From assembly GCA_040756235.1 (NCBI GenBank), contig JBFLZG010000002.1, forward strand, positions 64,001 through 128,000: DNA of 64,000 nt. The letters are read 5' to 3'. The translations under genes were made by a program, and so were the position numbers. This DNA comes from a bacterium. Its GTDB lineage: Bacteria > Desulfobacterota > DSWW01. Shown piece after piece: positions 9,911 to 18,973 of the stretch. How positions within the stretch are numbered: the first letter of the stretch is position 1; each line of letters starts with the position of its first letter. Below the pieces are notes generated by a model, which was not told where the DNA came from, did no database searches, and was given only the letters and a program-made list of their open reading frames with translations.

Positions 9911-10723
9911 ATGGGTCAAGTCATAGCGGTGACGGGAGCGAACTCCGGTATGGGGAAGGCCTGCGTCGAGAAGCTCAGCGGCCGGGGGCACAAGGTTTAC
10001 GGGACGGCCTTCGGCGTACCCGTGGACCCCGCCTGGAAAGGCCTGCCCTACACTCTCCTCCCGTGCGACATCACCAAGCCCCAGGAGGTCGAGGCCTTCT
10101 ACAAGCAGATTCTCGATGCATCGAAGCGCGTCGACGTGCTGGTCAACTGCGCGGGTTTCGCGCTGGAAGGGGGCGTCGAGGACACGACCGTGGAAGAGGC
10201 GAAACTGCAGTTCGAAGTGAACTTCTTCGGCACGCACCGGATGATCCGGGAAGTCCTGCCGGTGATGCGGCAGCAGGGAGGCGGAAAGATCATCACGATC
10301 TGCTCCCTTGCCGCACAGGTGCCGTCCGTTCCCTTCCAGGGCTTCTACAGCATGAGCAAGAAGGCGCTGGACGGATTGATGGAAGCCGTGCGCATGGAGT
10401 GCAGGACCTTCGGCATCCAGGCGACGAGCATCAATCCGGGAGACATGAAGACCGATTTTACGGCGAACCGCGTGCGCGTGGCGGCCCTCAAGCCGGGATC
10501 GCCCTATTACGAGACGTCCCTGAAGAGCGTCAAGACGATGAAGGAGAGCGAAATGAGCTCGCAGGGACCCGAGGTGATTGCGCAGCTGGTCTCCAGGCTG
10601 GTGGACACCGCGAAGCTGAAGCCCCGGTACTTCATCGAGCCGAAGTACAAGCTGCTTCTGTTCGCGACCCGCTTCCTGTCGGCTCGGAGCATCGAAAGGC
10701 TCGTGCAATCGATCTACACCTGA
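9911..10723 (+). CDS. Short-chain dehydrogenase/reductase (SDR)
   Basis: TGANSGMG, VLVNCAG, catalytic YSMSK. Confidence 0.88.
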   Translation: MGQVIAVTGANSGMGKACVEKLSGRGHKVYGTAFGVPVDPAWKGLPYTLLPCDITKPQEVEAFYKQILDASKRVDVLVNCAGFALEGGVEDTTVEEAKLQFEVNFFGTHRMIREVLPVMRQQGGGKIITICSLAAQVPSVPFQGFYSMSKKALDGLMEAVRMECRTFGIQATSINPGDMKTDFTANRVRVAALKPGSPYYETSLKSVKTMKESEMSSQGPEVIAQLVSRLVDTAKLKPRYFIEPKYKLLLFATRFLSARSIERLVQSIYT

Positions 10724-10763
10724 AGCTGCGGACCGGCGGTTCCTTCGGCGGCCCGCCGAGCGC

Positions 10764-11519
10764 GTGAAAAATGAGGCGCCGATGTCGGTGATCGACGACC
10801 TGCTGGCAGAGCCGACGCACGACGCCGCCATCCGGGACGTGCGGGTGGGGGCGTTCTTCACCGTGCTCTCCACAGAGCACGGCGCCGGCATGGCCGCGAC
10901 CCTGCGCGACGCCCGCGCACCCCACAGTCAGGGCCTCATTCGATGGGCGGGCGAGCTCGCGAGCCACACGGCGCGCGAGCTCGCCGAGTTGCTGCGCTCG
11001 CAGAGCCCGATGGAAGCCTCTCTCGGAATGGCTGCAGTCCACGCGCTGCTGGGCGTGCCCCGGCGCGAGGCGGTTCAGCAGAACGCAGTCGACCTTCTCG
11101 TCCGCAGGAGCGAGGGCAAGAGGGTGGCCGTCGTCGGGCATTTCCCTTTCATCCCCAAGGTGCGGGCCGTGGCGTCCCACCTGGCTGTGCTCGAGCTCGA
11201 CCCGGGGGAAGGCGAGCTGCCGGCCGGAGCCGCAGGAGAGACCCTTCCGGGTGCCGAAGTGGTGGCCATGACCGGCACGACGATCGTCAACAAGACCTTC
11301 GAGACTCTGCTCTCCTATTGCAGCCCCCAGGCCTTCGTGACCGTCATCGGCCCCACCACGCCCCTTTCGGAGGTCCTGTTCGATTACGGCGTCGATCTGA
11401 TCGCCGGGACGCGGGTGGTCGACGCTGCGCTGGCCATGGCGCTGGCCGGCCAGGGAGCCATCTTCACGCAGATGCGCGGCTTGCGCTTGATGACGATCCA
11501 GAAAGAATCTCGAGGTTGA
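10764..11519 (+). CDS. DUF364/Rossmann-like putative metal- or cofactor-binding protein
   Basis: SLGMAAVHA, VAVVGHFP, TGTTIVNKTFETLL, IGPTTP pattern; start may be ATG 10782. Confidence 0.7.
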   Translation: MKNEAPMSVIDDLLAEPTHDAAIRDVRVGAFFTVLSTEHGAGMAATLRDARAPHSQGLIRWAGELASHTARELAELLRSQSPMEASLGMAAVHALLGVPRREAVQQNAVDLLVRRSEGKRVAVVGHFPFIPKVRAVASHLAVLELDPGEGELPAGAAGETLPGAEVVAMTGTTIVNKTFETLLSYCSPQAFVTVIGPTTPLSEVLFDYGVDLIAGTRVVDAALAMALAGQGAIFTQMRGLRLMTIQKESRG

Positions 11520-11532
11520 AAGGCACACGCCC

Positions 11533-12588
11533 GTGCGCAAGCTGACCCGAACCGTGTGCGAACTGCTCGATCGGGGCGAAAGGCTCGTGCTGGCGACGGT
11601 GCTGAGTCGGGCGGGCTCCGCGCCGCGGGCGCCAGGCGCCCGGATGGTGGTGCGTGCGAACGGGTCGATCGCCGGCACCGTAGGAGGTGGCCTGGTGGAG
11701 GCCGAGGTCATCCGGGCGGCGGGGGAGCTGTTCGGGGGGAGCGGCTTCCGGATACGGGCCTTCGATCTGGCCGGCTCGACCTCTCATGCAGAGGACGCGA
11801 TCTGCGGCGGCCGTCTGGAGATCCTCCTCGGCCTCATCGAGGCGTGCGACCGCAACCGGGACCTGTTCCACGGCCTTGCGGACGCCTTGAAAGCGAGAGA
11901 GCCCTGCCTGCTGGTGACGGCTCTGGGGCTGGCGGAGAGCGATTCCGGTGAACTGAAGCTGTCTGTGGCCAAAGGGGGGAAGCCGGAGTACGGAGACTTT
12001 CCCTACCCGGCCTCCTGGATCGCCCGGCTGGAAGAGGCCGGGAGTCAGGGCAAGTGGTCTCAGGTCGCGGTCATCGAAGGGCACCGGTTTCTCGTCGAGC
12101 CCTGCGGTGCTCCCGGGACCGTCTTTCTCTTCGGAGCAGGGCACGTATCCCGGCCGGTCGCCGCGCTCGCCCACCTTGTCGGGTTCCAGACGGTCGTGCT
12201 GGACGACCGCGCCGAGTTCGCCAACCGGGAGCGGTTCCCGGCCGCGGACGAGGTCTGCGTCCTCGATTCGTTTGAGCACGCCTTCAGAGGGCTCGAGCTC
12301 GACAGGAACAGCTATGTGGTGATCGTCACGCGAGGCCACAGCCACGACAGGACCGTGCTGACTCAGGCGCTGCGCAGTCCGGCCGGCTACATCGGCATGA
12401 TCGGAAGCAGGCGCAAACGGGACGCCATTTACGAAGCCTTGATGCGGCAGGAAGGTTTCGGGCGCGAGGAGCTTGAACGGGTCCACTGTCCCGTCGGCCT
12501 CAGCATCGGGGCGGAGAGCCCGGACGAGATCGCGGTCAGCATCGTGGCCGAGCTCATCCTGGCCCGGGCGGGAGCGGCGCCGGGATGA
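11533..12588 (+). CDS. xdhC: XdhC/CoxI family molybdoenzyme accessory protein
   Basis: GSAPR-PGARM, GTVGGG-VE, ICGG, FGAGHV, DDR-EFA, VTRGH--D, YIGMIGSRRK, PVGL-IGA-SP-EIAVSI. Confidence 0.9.
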   Translation: MRKLTRTVCELLDRGERLVLATVLSRAGSAPRAPGARMVVRANGSIAGTVGGGLVEAEVIRAAGELFGGSGFRIRAFDLAGSTSHAEDAICGGRLEILLGLIEACDRNRDLFHGLADALKAREPCLLVTALGLAESDSGELKLSVAKGGKPEYGDFPYPASWIARLEEAGSQGKWSQVAVIEGHRFLVEPCGAPGTVFLFGAGHVSRPVAALAHLVGFQTVVLDDRAEFANRERFPAADEVCVLDSFEHAFRGLELDRNSYVVIVTRGHSHDRTVLTQALRSPAGYIGMIGSRRKRDAIYEALMRQEGFGREELERVHCPVGLSIGAESPDEIAVSIVAELILARAGAAPG

Positions 12589-13208
12589 GGGAGGAGAAGA
12601 TTGCGGCCCTCCTGCTGGCTGCAGGCGCCTCTTCCCGCATGCGCGGCGCTTTCAAACCGCTGCTGCCCCTCGGCGGCGAGGCGGTCATTGAACGAACCAT
12701 CCGCCTCTTCCGGGACGCTGGGATCGACGACGTGCGCGTGGTGGTCGGCCATCGCTCCGCCGAGCTGACCCCTATCCTGGAAAGACACGGGGCTCGCTCC
12801 ATTCGGAACGCGAACCATGCCGCGGGCATGTTCTCCTCGATCTGCGCGGGAGTCGCCTCCCTGGAGGAGGAGATCGAGGCGTTCTTTCTCCTGCCGGCCG
12901 ACATCCCGCTGGTCAGGCCGGCGACCGTGACGGCCCTGCGCGAGGAATTCCGCCGGCGCCCCGGTCCCGTCTATCGGCCGAGCTGCCGAGGGAGAGCCGG
13001 GCATCCGGTGCTCCTTCCAGCGAGCCTGAGGCCGTGCCTCCTGCGCTGGGAAGGAGAAGGGGGACTGCGGGGTTTTCTGAGTTCCTGCGTTTCCCCCTTG
13101 ATCGACGTGGAAGTGGGGGACGAGGGCATCCTGATCGACTTCGATACGCCCGAGGACTACACCGCATTGCTGGCGCGGCTCCGGCCCGAGGCGGAGACCG
13201 GCTCATGA
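12585..13208 (+). CDS. Molybdenum cofactor cytidylyltransferase-like nucleotidyltransferase (MocA family)
   Basis: LAAGASSRM, KPLLP, GMFSSI, PADIP, GHPVL, DFDTPEDY; adjacent to xdhC. Confidence 0.8.
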   Translation: MREEKIAALLLAAGASSRMRGAFKPLLPLGGEAVIERTIRLFRDAGIDDVRVVVGHRSAELTPILERHGARSIRNANHAAGMFSSICAGVASLEEEIEAFFLLPADIPLVRPATVTALREEFRRRPGPVYRPSCRGRAGHPVLLPASLRPCLLRWEGEGGLRGFLSSCVSPLIDVEVGDEGILIDFDTPEDYTALLARLRPEAETGS

Positions 13209-13262
13209 GGCGGCTGCGTAAGGCTCGTGAGCGGCAGGTGATCGGCGGGTCTGGAGCCTCTC

Positions 13263-13291
13263 TTGACTCTGTCGGGGAGAGAGGGTATTCA
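13263..13291 (+). promoter_or_regulatory. Putative sigma70 promoter for the dehydrogenase-complex operon
   Basis: TTGACT-17 nt-TATTCA about 110 nt upstream of the E2 gene. Confidence 0.45.
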
Positions 13292-13402
13292 GAGAGCGAG
13301 TGCTCGCTTTCCAACCGATGACGATGGCCGAGAAGCCGTCTCGCTCGTGAAAGGTCCAGACGATGGCAGGCTGTGAGCCGGCCTGCGGGGAGGATGGTCG
13401 CA

Positions 13403-14740
13403 GTGGCTACCGAGATCAAGATGCCCAAGTTCGGCCTGACGATGAAGCAAGGCAAGCTGAGCAAGTGGCTCAAGCAGGAGGGCGAAAAGGTTCAGAAAGG
13501 GGAGCCTCTGTTCGAGGTGGAGACCGAGAAGATCACGAACACCGTGGAGTCCGTGGCCTCCGGGATCCTGTTCCAGATCGTCGTCCCGCCGGGCAAGACG
13601 GTGCCGGTCGGCGCCGTGCTCGCGATCATCGCCGAGGAGGGGGAGCAGCCGGAGAGAATCGAAGGCATACAGGTCAGAAGCGCCGAGGCTGCGTCGGCGG
13701 CGGCCGGATCGGCAGCATCGGCTCCGGGGCCGGGCGCGGGGCAGGAAGGATACGTGCCCGCCAGCCCGGCGGCCAAGCGCCTGGCCAGGGAGCTGGGCGT
13801 GGACCTCACGCAGGTGCGCGGTACGGGCAAGGACGGGCGGGTGACCGAGGAGGACGTGAAGCGGCACCACGCGACAGCGCCCCGAGCGGCCGCCAGGATC
13901 ACTCCCGTGGCGGCGGAGATGGCCCGAAGGGCAGGCCTGGACCCGGCGAAGATCTCGGGTACCGGCGAGGGCGGCAAGATCACCAAGGAGGACGTCGAGC
14001 GGGCCCTTGCGGCACCGGCTTCTCCCTCTGCGGAAGCGGGCGCCCCTCCTGCCGCCGAGTCCGTTCCCTTCACCGGCATGCGGCGCGCGATCGCGGACCG
14101 GATGCACGCCAGCCTGCACGACGCGGCGCAGCTCACCCTCTTCACCGAGGTGGACGTGACGGAGCTCGCGGATTTCCGTGACGCCGTCCGCGCTGAGTAC
14201 GCCAAGGACGAATCGGTGCGGATCTCGTACAACGACATCATCCTGTTTGCCGTCTCGCGTGTCCTCAAGCGCTTCCCGGTCCTGAACTCGACTCTGGTCG
14301 AGGAGGAGATCGTGCTGCATGGTCAGGTGGACCTCGGCATGGCCGTGGCCGTGCCCAACGGGCTCATCGTGCCCAAGATCCGCGGCGCGGACGGGAAGAA
14401 GCTCCTCCAGATCGGACAGGAGGCGCGCGAGCTGGCGCGCAAGGCCAGGGAAGGCTCGCTCACCATGGACGAGGTGGTGGACGGCACCTTCACGGTTACC
14501 AACCTGAGCGCTCTGGGCGTGGACGGGTTCACGCCGATCCTCAATCCTCCCGAGACCGCGATCCTCGGGGTCGGCCGGGTTGTCGAGAAGCCGGCCGTCC
14601 ACAGGGGGCAGATCGCGGTCCGTTCCATGATGACCCTGAGCCTGACGATCGATCACCGGATCGTGGACGGTGCCCCGGCAGCGGAGTTCCTCCAGGCTCT
14701 GGCCCGTCATCTTGAGCATCCCGCTCTTCTTGCTGTATAG
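13403..14740 (+). CDS. Dihydrolipoamide acyltransferase (E2) of an acetoin/2-oxoacid dehydrogenase complex
   Basis: Lipoyl domain (EVETEKI), two tandem subunit-binding domains (GTGKDGRVT, GTGEGGKIT), catalytic DHRIVDG. Start is GTG 13403 or ATG 13394. Confidence 0.92.
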   Translation: MATEIKMPKFGLTMKQGKLSKWLKQEGEKVQKGEPLFEVETEKITNTVESVASGILFQIVVPPGKTVPVGAVLAIIAEEGEQPERIEGIQVRSAEAASAAAGSAASAPGPGAGQEGYVPASPAAKRLARELGVDLTQVRGTGKDGRVTEEDVKRHHATAPRAAARITPVAAEMARRAGLDPAKISGTGEGGKITKEDVERALAAPASPSAEAGAPPAAESVPFTGMRRAIADRMHASLHDAAQLTLFTEVDVTELADFRDAVRAEYAKDESVRISYNDIILFAVSRVLKRFPVLNSTLVEEEIVLHGQVDLGMAVAVPNGLIVPKIRGADGKKLLQIGQEARELARKAREGSLTMDEVVDGTFTVTNLSALGVDGFTPILNPPETAILGVGRVVEKPAVHRGQIAVRSMMTLSLTIDHRIVDGAPAAEFLQALARHLEHPALLAV

Positions 14741-14781
14741 AAAGGCACATCCCCAGGAGCCTTGGGAGGAGGTAGCGAGAC

Positions 14782-16152
14782 ATGCACGACGTGATCGTTA
14801 TCGGATGTGGGCCCGGCGGCTATGCCGCCGCGATCCGGGCAGCGCAGTTGGGCGGCAAGGTGGCCGTGGTGGAGGCAGCCGAGACCGGGGGGACCTGCGT
14901 GAACCGGGGGTGCATACCGGCCAAGGTGTGGCACCAGGCCGCCTCGATCCTGCAGACCCTCGGCAAGGCGGAGGCCTTCGGCATTCAGACGACCGGGAGA
15001 ACGGTAGAGCTCAAGACCATCGCGGAGCGCAAGAGCGGCGTCTCGGCCGAGATCCGCATGGGCATGGAGGGGCTGCTCGCCAACAACGGGATCGAGGTCA
15101 CCCGCGGCAAAGCGGCTCTCAGGAGCGCCCGGGAGATCGCGGTGGACGGTGCGGTCCGGGAGGCCGGGAAGATCATCCTGGCCACGGGGGGCGCCCTGCT
15201 GATGCCGGATGTCCCGGGGCTGAAGGACGCGCTCCTGACGACCGACCAGGTCTTCGACATGAGCGAGGTGCCCGCCTCGGTTCTCGTCTGGGGCGCCGGC
15301 TTCGTCGAAGTGGAAATGGCCAACATCCTGAACGCCTTCGGGGCGAAGGTCACGGTCGCCACGGACGCGGCCAGGATCCTGCCGCGCGAGGACCACGACA
15401 CGAGCCAGCGGGTCGGGCAGGTCTTGCGGGAACAGGGCGTGGAGATCGCCGCACGCGTGGGGCTCGAGGCCGTGGAAAAAAGTCCATCAGGCTTTGTCTG
15501 CCGGCTCGGCGGCCCCAAGGAGCGCGTCGTGGAAGCGGCCCGGGTCCTGGTCGCAAGTCGCCGTCCGCACACTGCAGGCCTCGGCCTGGAGGGATTGGGC
15601 ATGGCGTTCCAGCCGGACGGCGGTATTCGGGTGGACGAGCGCCTCGAGACCTCGGTCAAGGGCGTCTATGCGGTGGGCGATTGCACGGGCGGCTGGATGC
15701 TGAGTCACGCCGCCTCTGCCATGGGAATCGTGGCTGCCGAGAATGCCATGGGTCAGGACAGCCGCTTCCCCTTCCACCTCATCCCGAGGGCGAGCTGGAC
15801 GTCGCCGGAGGTGGGGGCGGTGGGCCTCTCCGAGGAAGAGGCGGAGAAGCAGGGCAAGGAGATCGAAGTGGGCCTGTTCCCGTACGCGATCAACGGGCTG
15901 GCTATGTGTCGCAACCAGGTGGAGGGCGCCGTCAAGGTGATCGCGGACGCGAAGTACGGGGAGATCCTGGGCGTGCACATCGTGGGCAGCCAGGCCACGG
16001 AGCTCGTGGGCGAGGCGGTGCTCGCCATGCAGCTCGAGTGCACGGCCCGGGAGTTCGCCCGCAGCATCCGGGTCCATCCCACCTTTTCCGAAGCCGTGGT
16101 GGACGCTGCGCGGGATGCGGAGAAGTGGGCGCTCTACCTGCCCAAGAGATGA
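14782..16152 (+). CDS. lpdA: Dihydrolipoamide dehydrogenase (E3)
   Basis: FAD motif GCGPGG, redox disulfide GGTCVNRGCIP, YAVGD, HPTFSE; NAD motif atypical (GAGFVE). Confidence 0.88.
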   Translation: MHDVIVIGCGPGGYAAAIRAAQLGGKVAVVEAAETGGTCVNRGCIPAKVWHQAASILQTLGKAEAFGIQTTGRTVELKTIAERKSGVSAEIRMGMEGLLANNGIEVTRGKAALRSAREIAVDGAVREAGKIILATGGALLMPDVPGLKDALLTTDQVFDMSEVPASVLVWGAGFVEVEMANILNAFGAKVTVATDAARILPREDHDTSQRVGQVLREQGVEIAARVGLEAVEKSPSGFVCRLGGPKERVVEAARVLVASRRPHTAGLGLEGLGMAFQPDGGIRVDERLETSVKGVYAVGDCTGGWMLSHAASAMGIVAAENAMGQDSRFPFHLIPRASWTSPEVGAVGLSEEEAEKQGKEIEVGLFPYAINGLAMCRNQVEGAVKVIADAKYGEILGVHIVGSQATELVGEAVLAMQLECTAREFARSIRVHPTFSEAVVDAARDAEKWALYLPKR

Positions 16153-16172
16153 TCGACCGCCGAGGCTGACCC

Positions 16173-17768
16173 ATGGAAGCGCCCGGGGCGAGAGAGCTGG
16201 AGGTTCAGGACTGGGGAAGGATGGGCTACGAGGCTGCCCTGACCCGGCAGAGAGGGCTCGTGGAGGAGCGCATCCTGGAGCGGGCGCCGGATCGTCTGGT
16301 GCTGGTGGAACATCCTCCTGCCGTCACCCTGGGTCGCAGCGCAACGTCCGCCGACCTCGTTGCTCCGCGGGACGAGCTCGAGCGCCGCAACGTCAGCGTC
16401 ACGTGGGTCGAACGCGGCGGCAGGGCGACCTTCCACGGCCCGGGCCAGCTCGTGGCCTATCCGATTACCAGGATCAGAGACCAGGACGTGCACGCTTTCC
16501 TGCAGAGGCTGCTCGGTGCCGCGGCGGAAGTCCTCGAGGCGTTCGGCCTCCGGCCCGAGCGCAAGACCGGCCAGCCGGGGCTGTGGGTGAACGGAGCCAA
16601 GATCGCCAGCGTAGGAGTGGCCGTCCGAAAGTGGGTTACCTTCCACGGGATCGCGCTCAACGTGAATACCGATCCCGCAGGGTTCGAGCTGATCGTGACC
16701 TGCGGTCAGCCTGCCGAGAAGGTGACGAGCATGGAACGCGAGCTCGGGCGCCCGGTCCCGCTCGATGCGGTCAAGCCGCTGTTCGTGCAGGCCTTCCGGA
16801 GGCGGTTCGGGTATTGCCTGCCGCGTGACGACATCGGCGGCTGCGCCGGGCCGAGGCGCCCTTCCTGGCTGCGCGTGCGGGCGGCCGACCCCGGGGCGAT
16901 CGACGGCATGGAAGCGAGATTGAGCGGTTGGGGGCTGGCAACGGTGTGCCAGAGCGCCCACTGCCCGAACCTGGGAGAATGCTTTTCCAGGGGGACCGCC
17001 ACCTTCATGATCCTGGGCACCGTCTGCACGCGCCGGTGCCGGTTCTGTGCCGTGGACAAGGGCCTTCCTGGTGCGCCCGACCCGGACGAGCCGGCGCGGG
17101 TGGCCAGGGCTGCCGGCGCCTTGGGCCTCCGCTACGCGGTGGTGACCTCGGTCACCCGGGACGATCTGGCCGACGGCGGGGCCGCCCAGTTCGCAGGCGT
17201 GGTCGGTGCGTTGAGACATGAGTGCCCTGCCATCCGGGTCGAGGTGCTGGTCCCGGATTTCAACGGGTCCGCCGAGGCCCTCGACCTCGTGTGCGACGCC
17301 TCGCCCGACATGTTCAACCACAACGTGGAAACGGTGCCTCGGCTGTATCCGCTGGTGCGGCCCGGAGCGGATTACCGCAGGTCCCTGGGGCTCATCGCCG
17401 GCGCCGCTCGAAGGGGGCTGCCGGCCAAGTCCGGGCTCATGCTCGGGCTCGGAGAGACGTCTCGGGAGATCTGGGAAACCCTCTATGACCTGAGGAAGGC
17501 GGGCTGCGGGTATCTGACTCTGGGCCAGTACCTGGCGCCCTCGCCGGATCACCTGGCGGTGGCCCGGTACGTGGCTCCCGAGGAGTTCGGCCGATGGCAG
17601 CGCACGGCGCGCGCCATGGGTTTCCTGGAGGTGGCGGCAGGGCCCCTGGTGCGCAGCTCCTACCGGGCCGAAGCGATGTTCGAGCGACCGGGGCGCTCGA
17701 ATTGCGGGTGTGCGAATTCTCCAGGGCATGCAAAGAAGGAGGATCGGGAACATGCGTCCGACCAATGA
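16173..17768 (+). CDS. Fused lipoyl(octanoyl) transferase LipB / lipoyl synthase LipA
   Basis: N-half: EHPP, RGGRATFHGPGQLVAYP, KIASVG, TFHGIALN. C-half: CQSAHCPNLGEC, CTRRCRFC, RSSY. One uninterrupted frame. Confidence 0.9.
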   Translation: MEAPGARELEVQDWGRMGYEAALTRQRGLVEERILERAPDRLVLVEHPPAVTLGRSATSADLVAPRDELERRNVSVTWVERGGRATFHGPGQLVAYPITRIRDQDVHAFLQRLLGAAAEVLEAFGLRPERKTGQPGLWVNGAKIASVGVAVRKWVTFHGIALNVNTDPAGFELIVTCGQPAEKVTSMERELGRPVPLDAVKPLFVQAFRRRFGYCLPRDDIGGCAGPRRPSWLRVRAADPGAIDGMEARLSGWGLATVCQSAHCPNLGECFSRGTATFMILGTVCTRRCRFCAVDKGLPGAPDPDEPARVARAAGALGLRYAVVTSVTRDDLADGGAAQFAGVVGALRHECPAIRVEVLVPDFNGSAEALDLVCDASPDMFNHNVETVPRLYPLVRPGADYRRSLGLIAGAARRGLPAKSGLMLGLGETSREIWETLYDLRKAGCGYLTLGQYLAPSPDHLAVARYVAPEEFGRWQRTARAMGFLEVAAGPLVRSSYRAEAMFERPGRSNCGCANSPGHAKKEDREHASDQ

Positions 17769-18720
17769 GAAGATGATCGGGATGTACACCACCATGCTGC
17801 GCATCCGGCGCTTCGAGGAGAAGATCGAGGAGCTGGTCCTGCTGGCCAGGATCTCGGGCTTCGTCCATCTCTCGATCGGGCAGGAGGCGGTGGCGGCAGG
17901 CGTATGCGGCAACCTCGAGGCTTCGGACTACATCACCAGCACGCACCGCGGGCACGGCCACGTGATCGCCAAGGGGGCGGACGTCCGGCTCATGATGGCC
18001 GAGCTGTTCGCGAAGCGCACCGGGTACTGCAAGGGCAAGGGCGGCTCCATGCACATTGCGGACCTGGATCTCGGGATCCTGGGCGCCAACGGCATCGTCG
18101 GCGGAGGCCCGCCCATCGCCGTGGGCGCCGCGCTCGCCTCCTGGTACAGGGGCGCCCGCAACGTCTGCGCCTGCTTCTTCGGCGACGGCGCTTCCAACCA
18201 GGGCACGACCCATGAGGCCATGAACCTGGCTTCGGTCTGGAGGCTTCCGGTCGTGTTTGTGGCCGAGAACAACCGCTTCGGCGAATTCACGCGCCAGGCC
18301 GACCACCAGCGGGTCGAGTCGGTCGCGGACCGGGCCGCCGGCTACGACATCCCCGGAGTCGTGGTGGACGGCAACGACGCGCTTGCCGTGTACGAGGCGG
18401 CGGCCGAGGCGATCGCCCGCGCGCGGGAAGGCAAAGGGCCCACGCTGCTGGAGTGCAAGACCTACCGCATCAAGGGACATTTCGTCGGAGACGGCGAGTC
18501 CTACCGGCAGCCGGAGGAGGTCCGGCAGTGGAAGGCCCCGGACCGGGACCCGATCTCGCGGTTCGAAAAGAAGCTCGTGGAGATGAAAATCCTCACGGAG
18601 AAGAAAGTCGAACAGCTCAAGGGCTCGGTCCAGAGTGAGATCGAGGAAGCGGTGCGCTTCGCCGAGGAGAGCCCGGAGCCGGACCTGGGCGACCTCCTCC
18701 AGGACGTCTATGCGAATTGA
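17752..18720 (+). CDS. TPP-dependent dehydrogenase E1 alpha subunit (AcoA/PdhA-like)
   Basis: HLSIGQEA, STHRGHGH, GKGGSMH, TPP motif GDGA...ENN, TYRIKGH; AAGGAGG RBS. Confidence 0.92.
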   Translation: MRPTNEKMIGMYTTMLRIRRFEEKIEELVLLARISGFVHLSIGQEAVAAGVCGNLEASDYITSTHRGHGHVIAKGADVRLMMAELFAKRTGYCKGKGGSMHIADLDLGILGANGIVGGGPPIAVGAALASWYRGARNVCACFFGDGASNQGTTHEAMNLASVWRLPVVFVAENNRFGEFTRQADHQRVESVADRAAGYDIPGVVVDGNDALAVYEAAAEAIARAREGKGPTLLECKTYRIKGHFVGDGESYRQPEEVRQWKAPDRDPISRFEKKLVEMKILTEKKVEQLKGSVQSEIEEAVRFAEESPEPDLGDLLQDVYAN

Positions 18721-18773
18721 AGCTCGGTGGAACGGTTCTCACGGTGAGCTTGTCCACGAAGCTCCAAATCGAG

Positions 18774-18937
18774 GAGCCTGTTCATAAATGCCCAGATGCA
18801 AGGCGCGCGAGATCCCGAGGAATGAGGCGTACATTTCAGTACGCCGCAGTGACCCCGGCTTTCGCCGGGGCAGGCTGCCCCAGGACCTCCACGCCGGATG
18901 AGCGCAACGCCGCAGATGGGCGTTTAGGGACAGGCTC
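18774..18937. repeat. MITE/REP-like intergenic element, copy B
   Basis: TIRs gagcctgttcataaatgccca / tgggcgtttagggacaggctc; shares agatgcaaggcgcg, gaggaatgagg, ccccggc-ttc-gccggggcaggct and gcaacgccgcagatgg with copy A. Confidence 0.75.
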
Positions 18938-18973
18938 TCAGCCGGCGTGAAGCCGGGCAAAGGAGATCGGATC

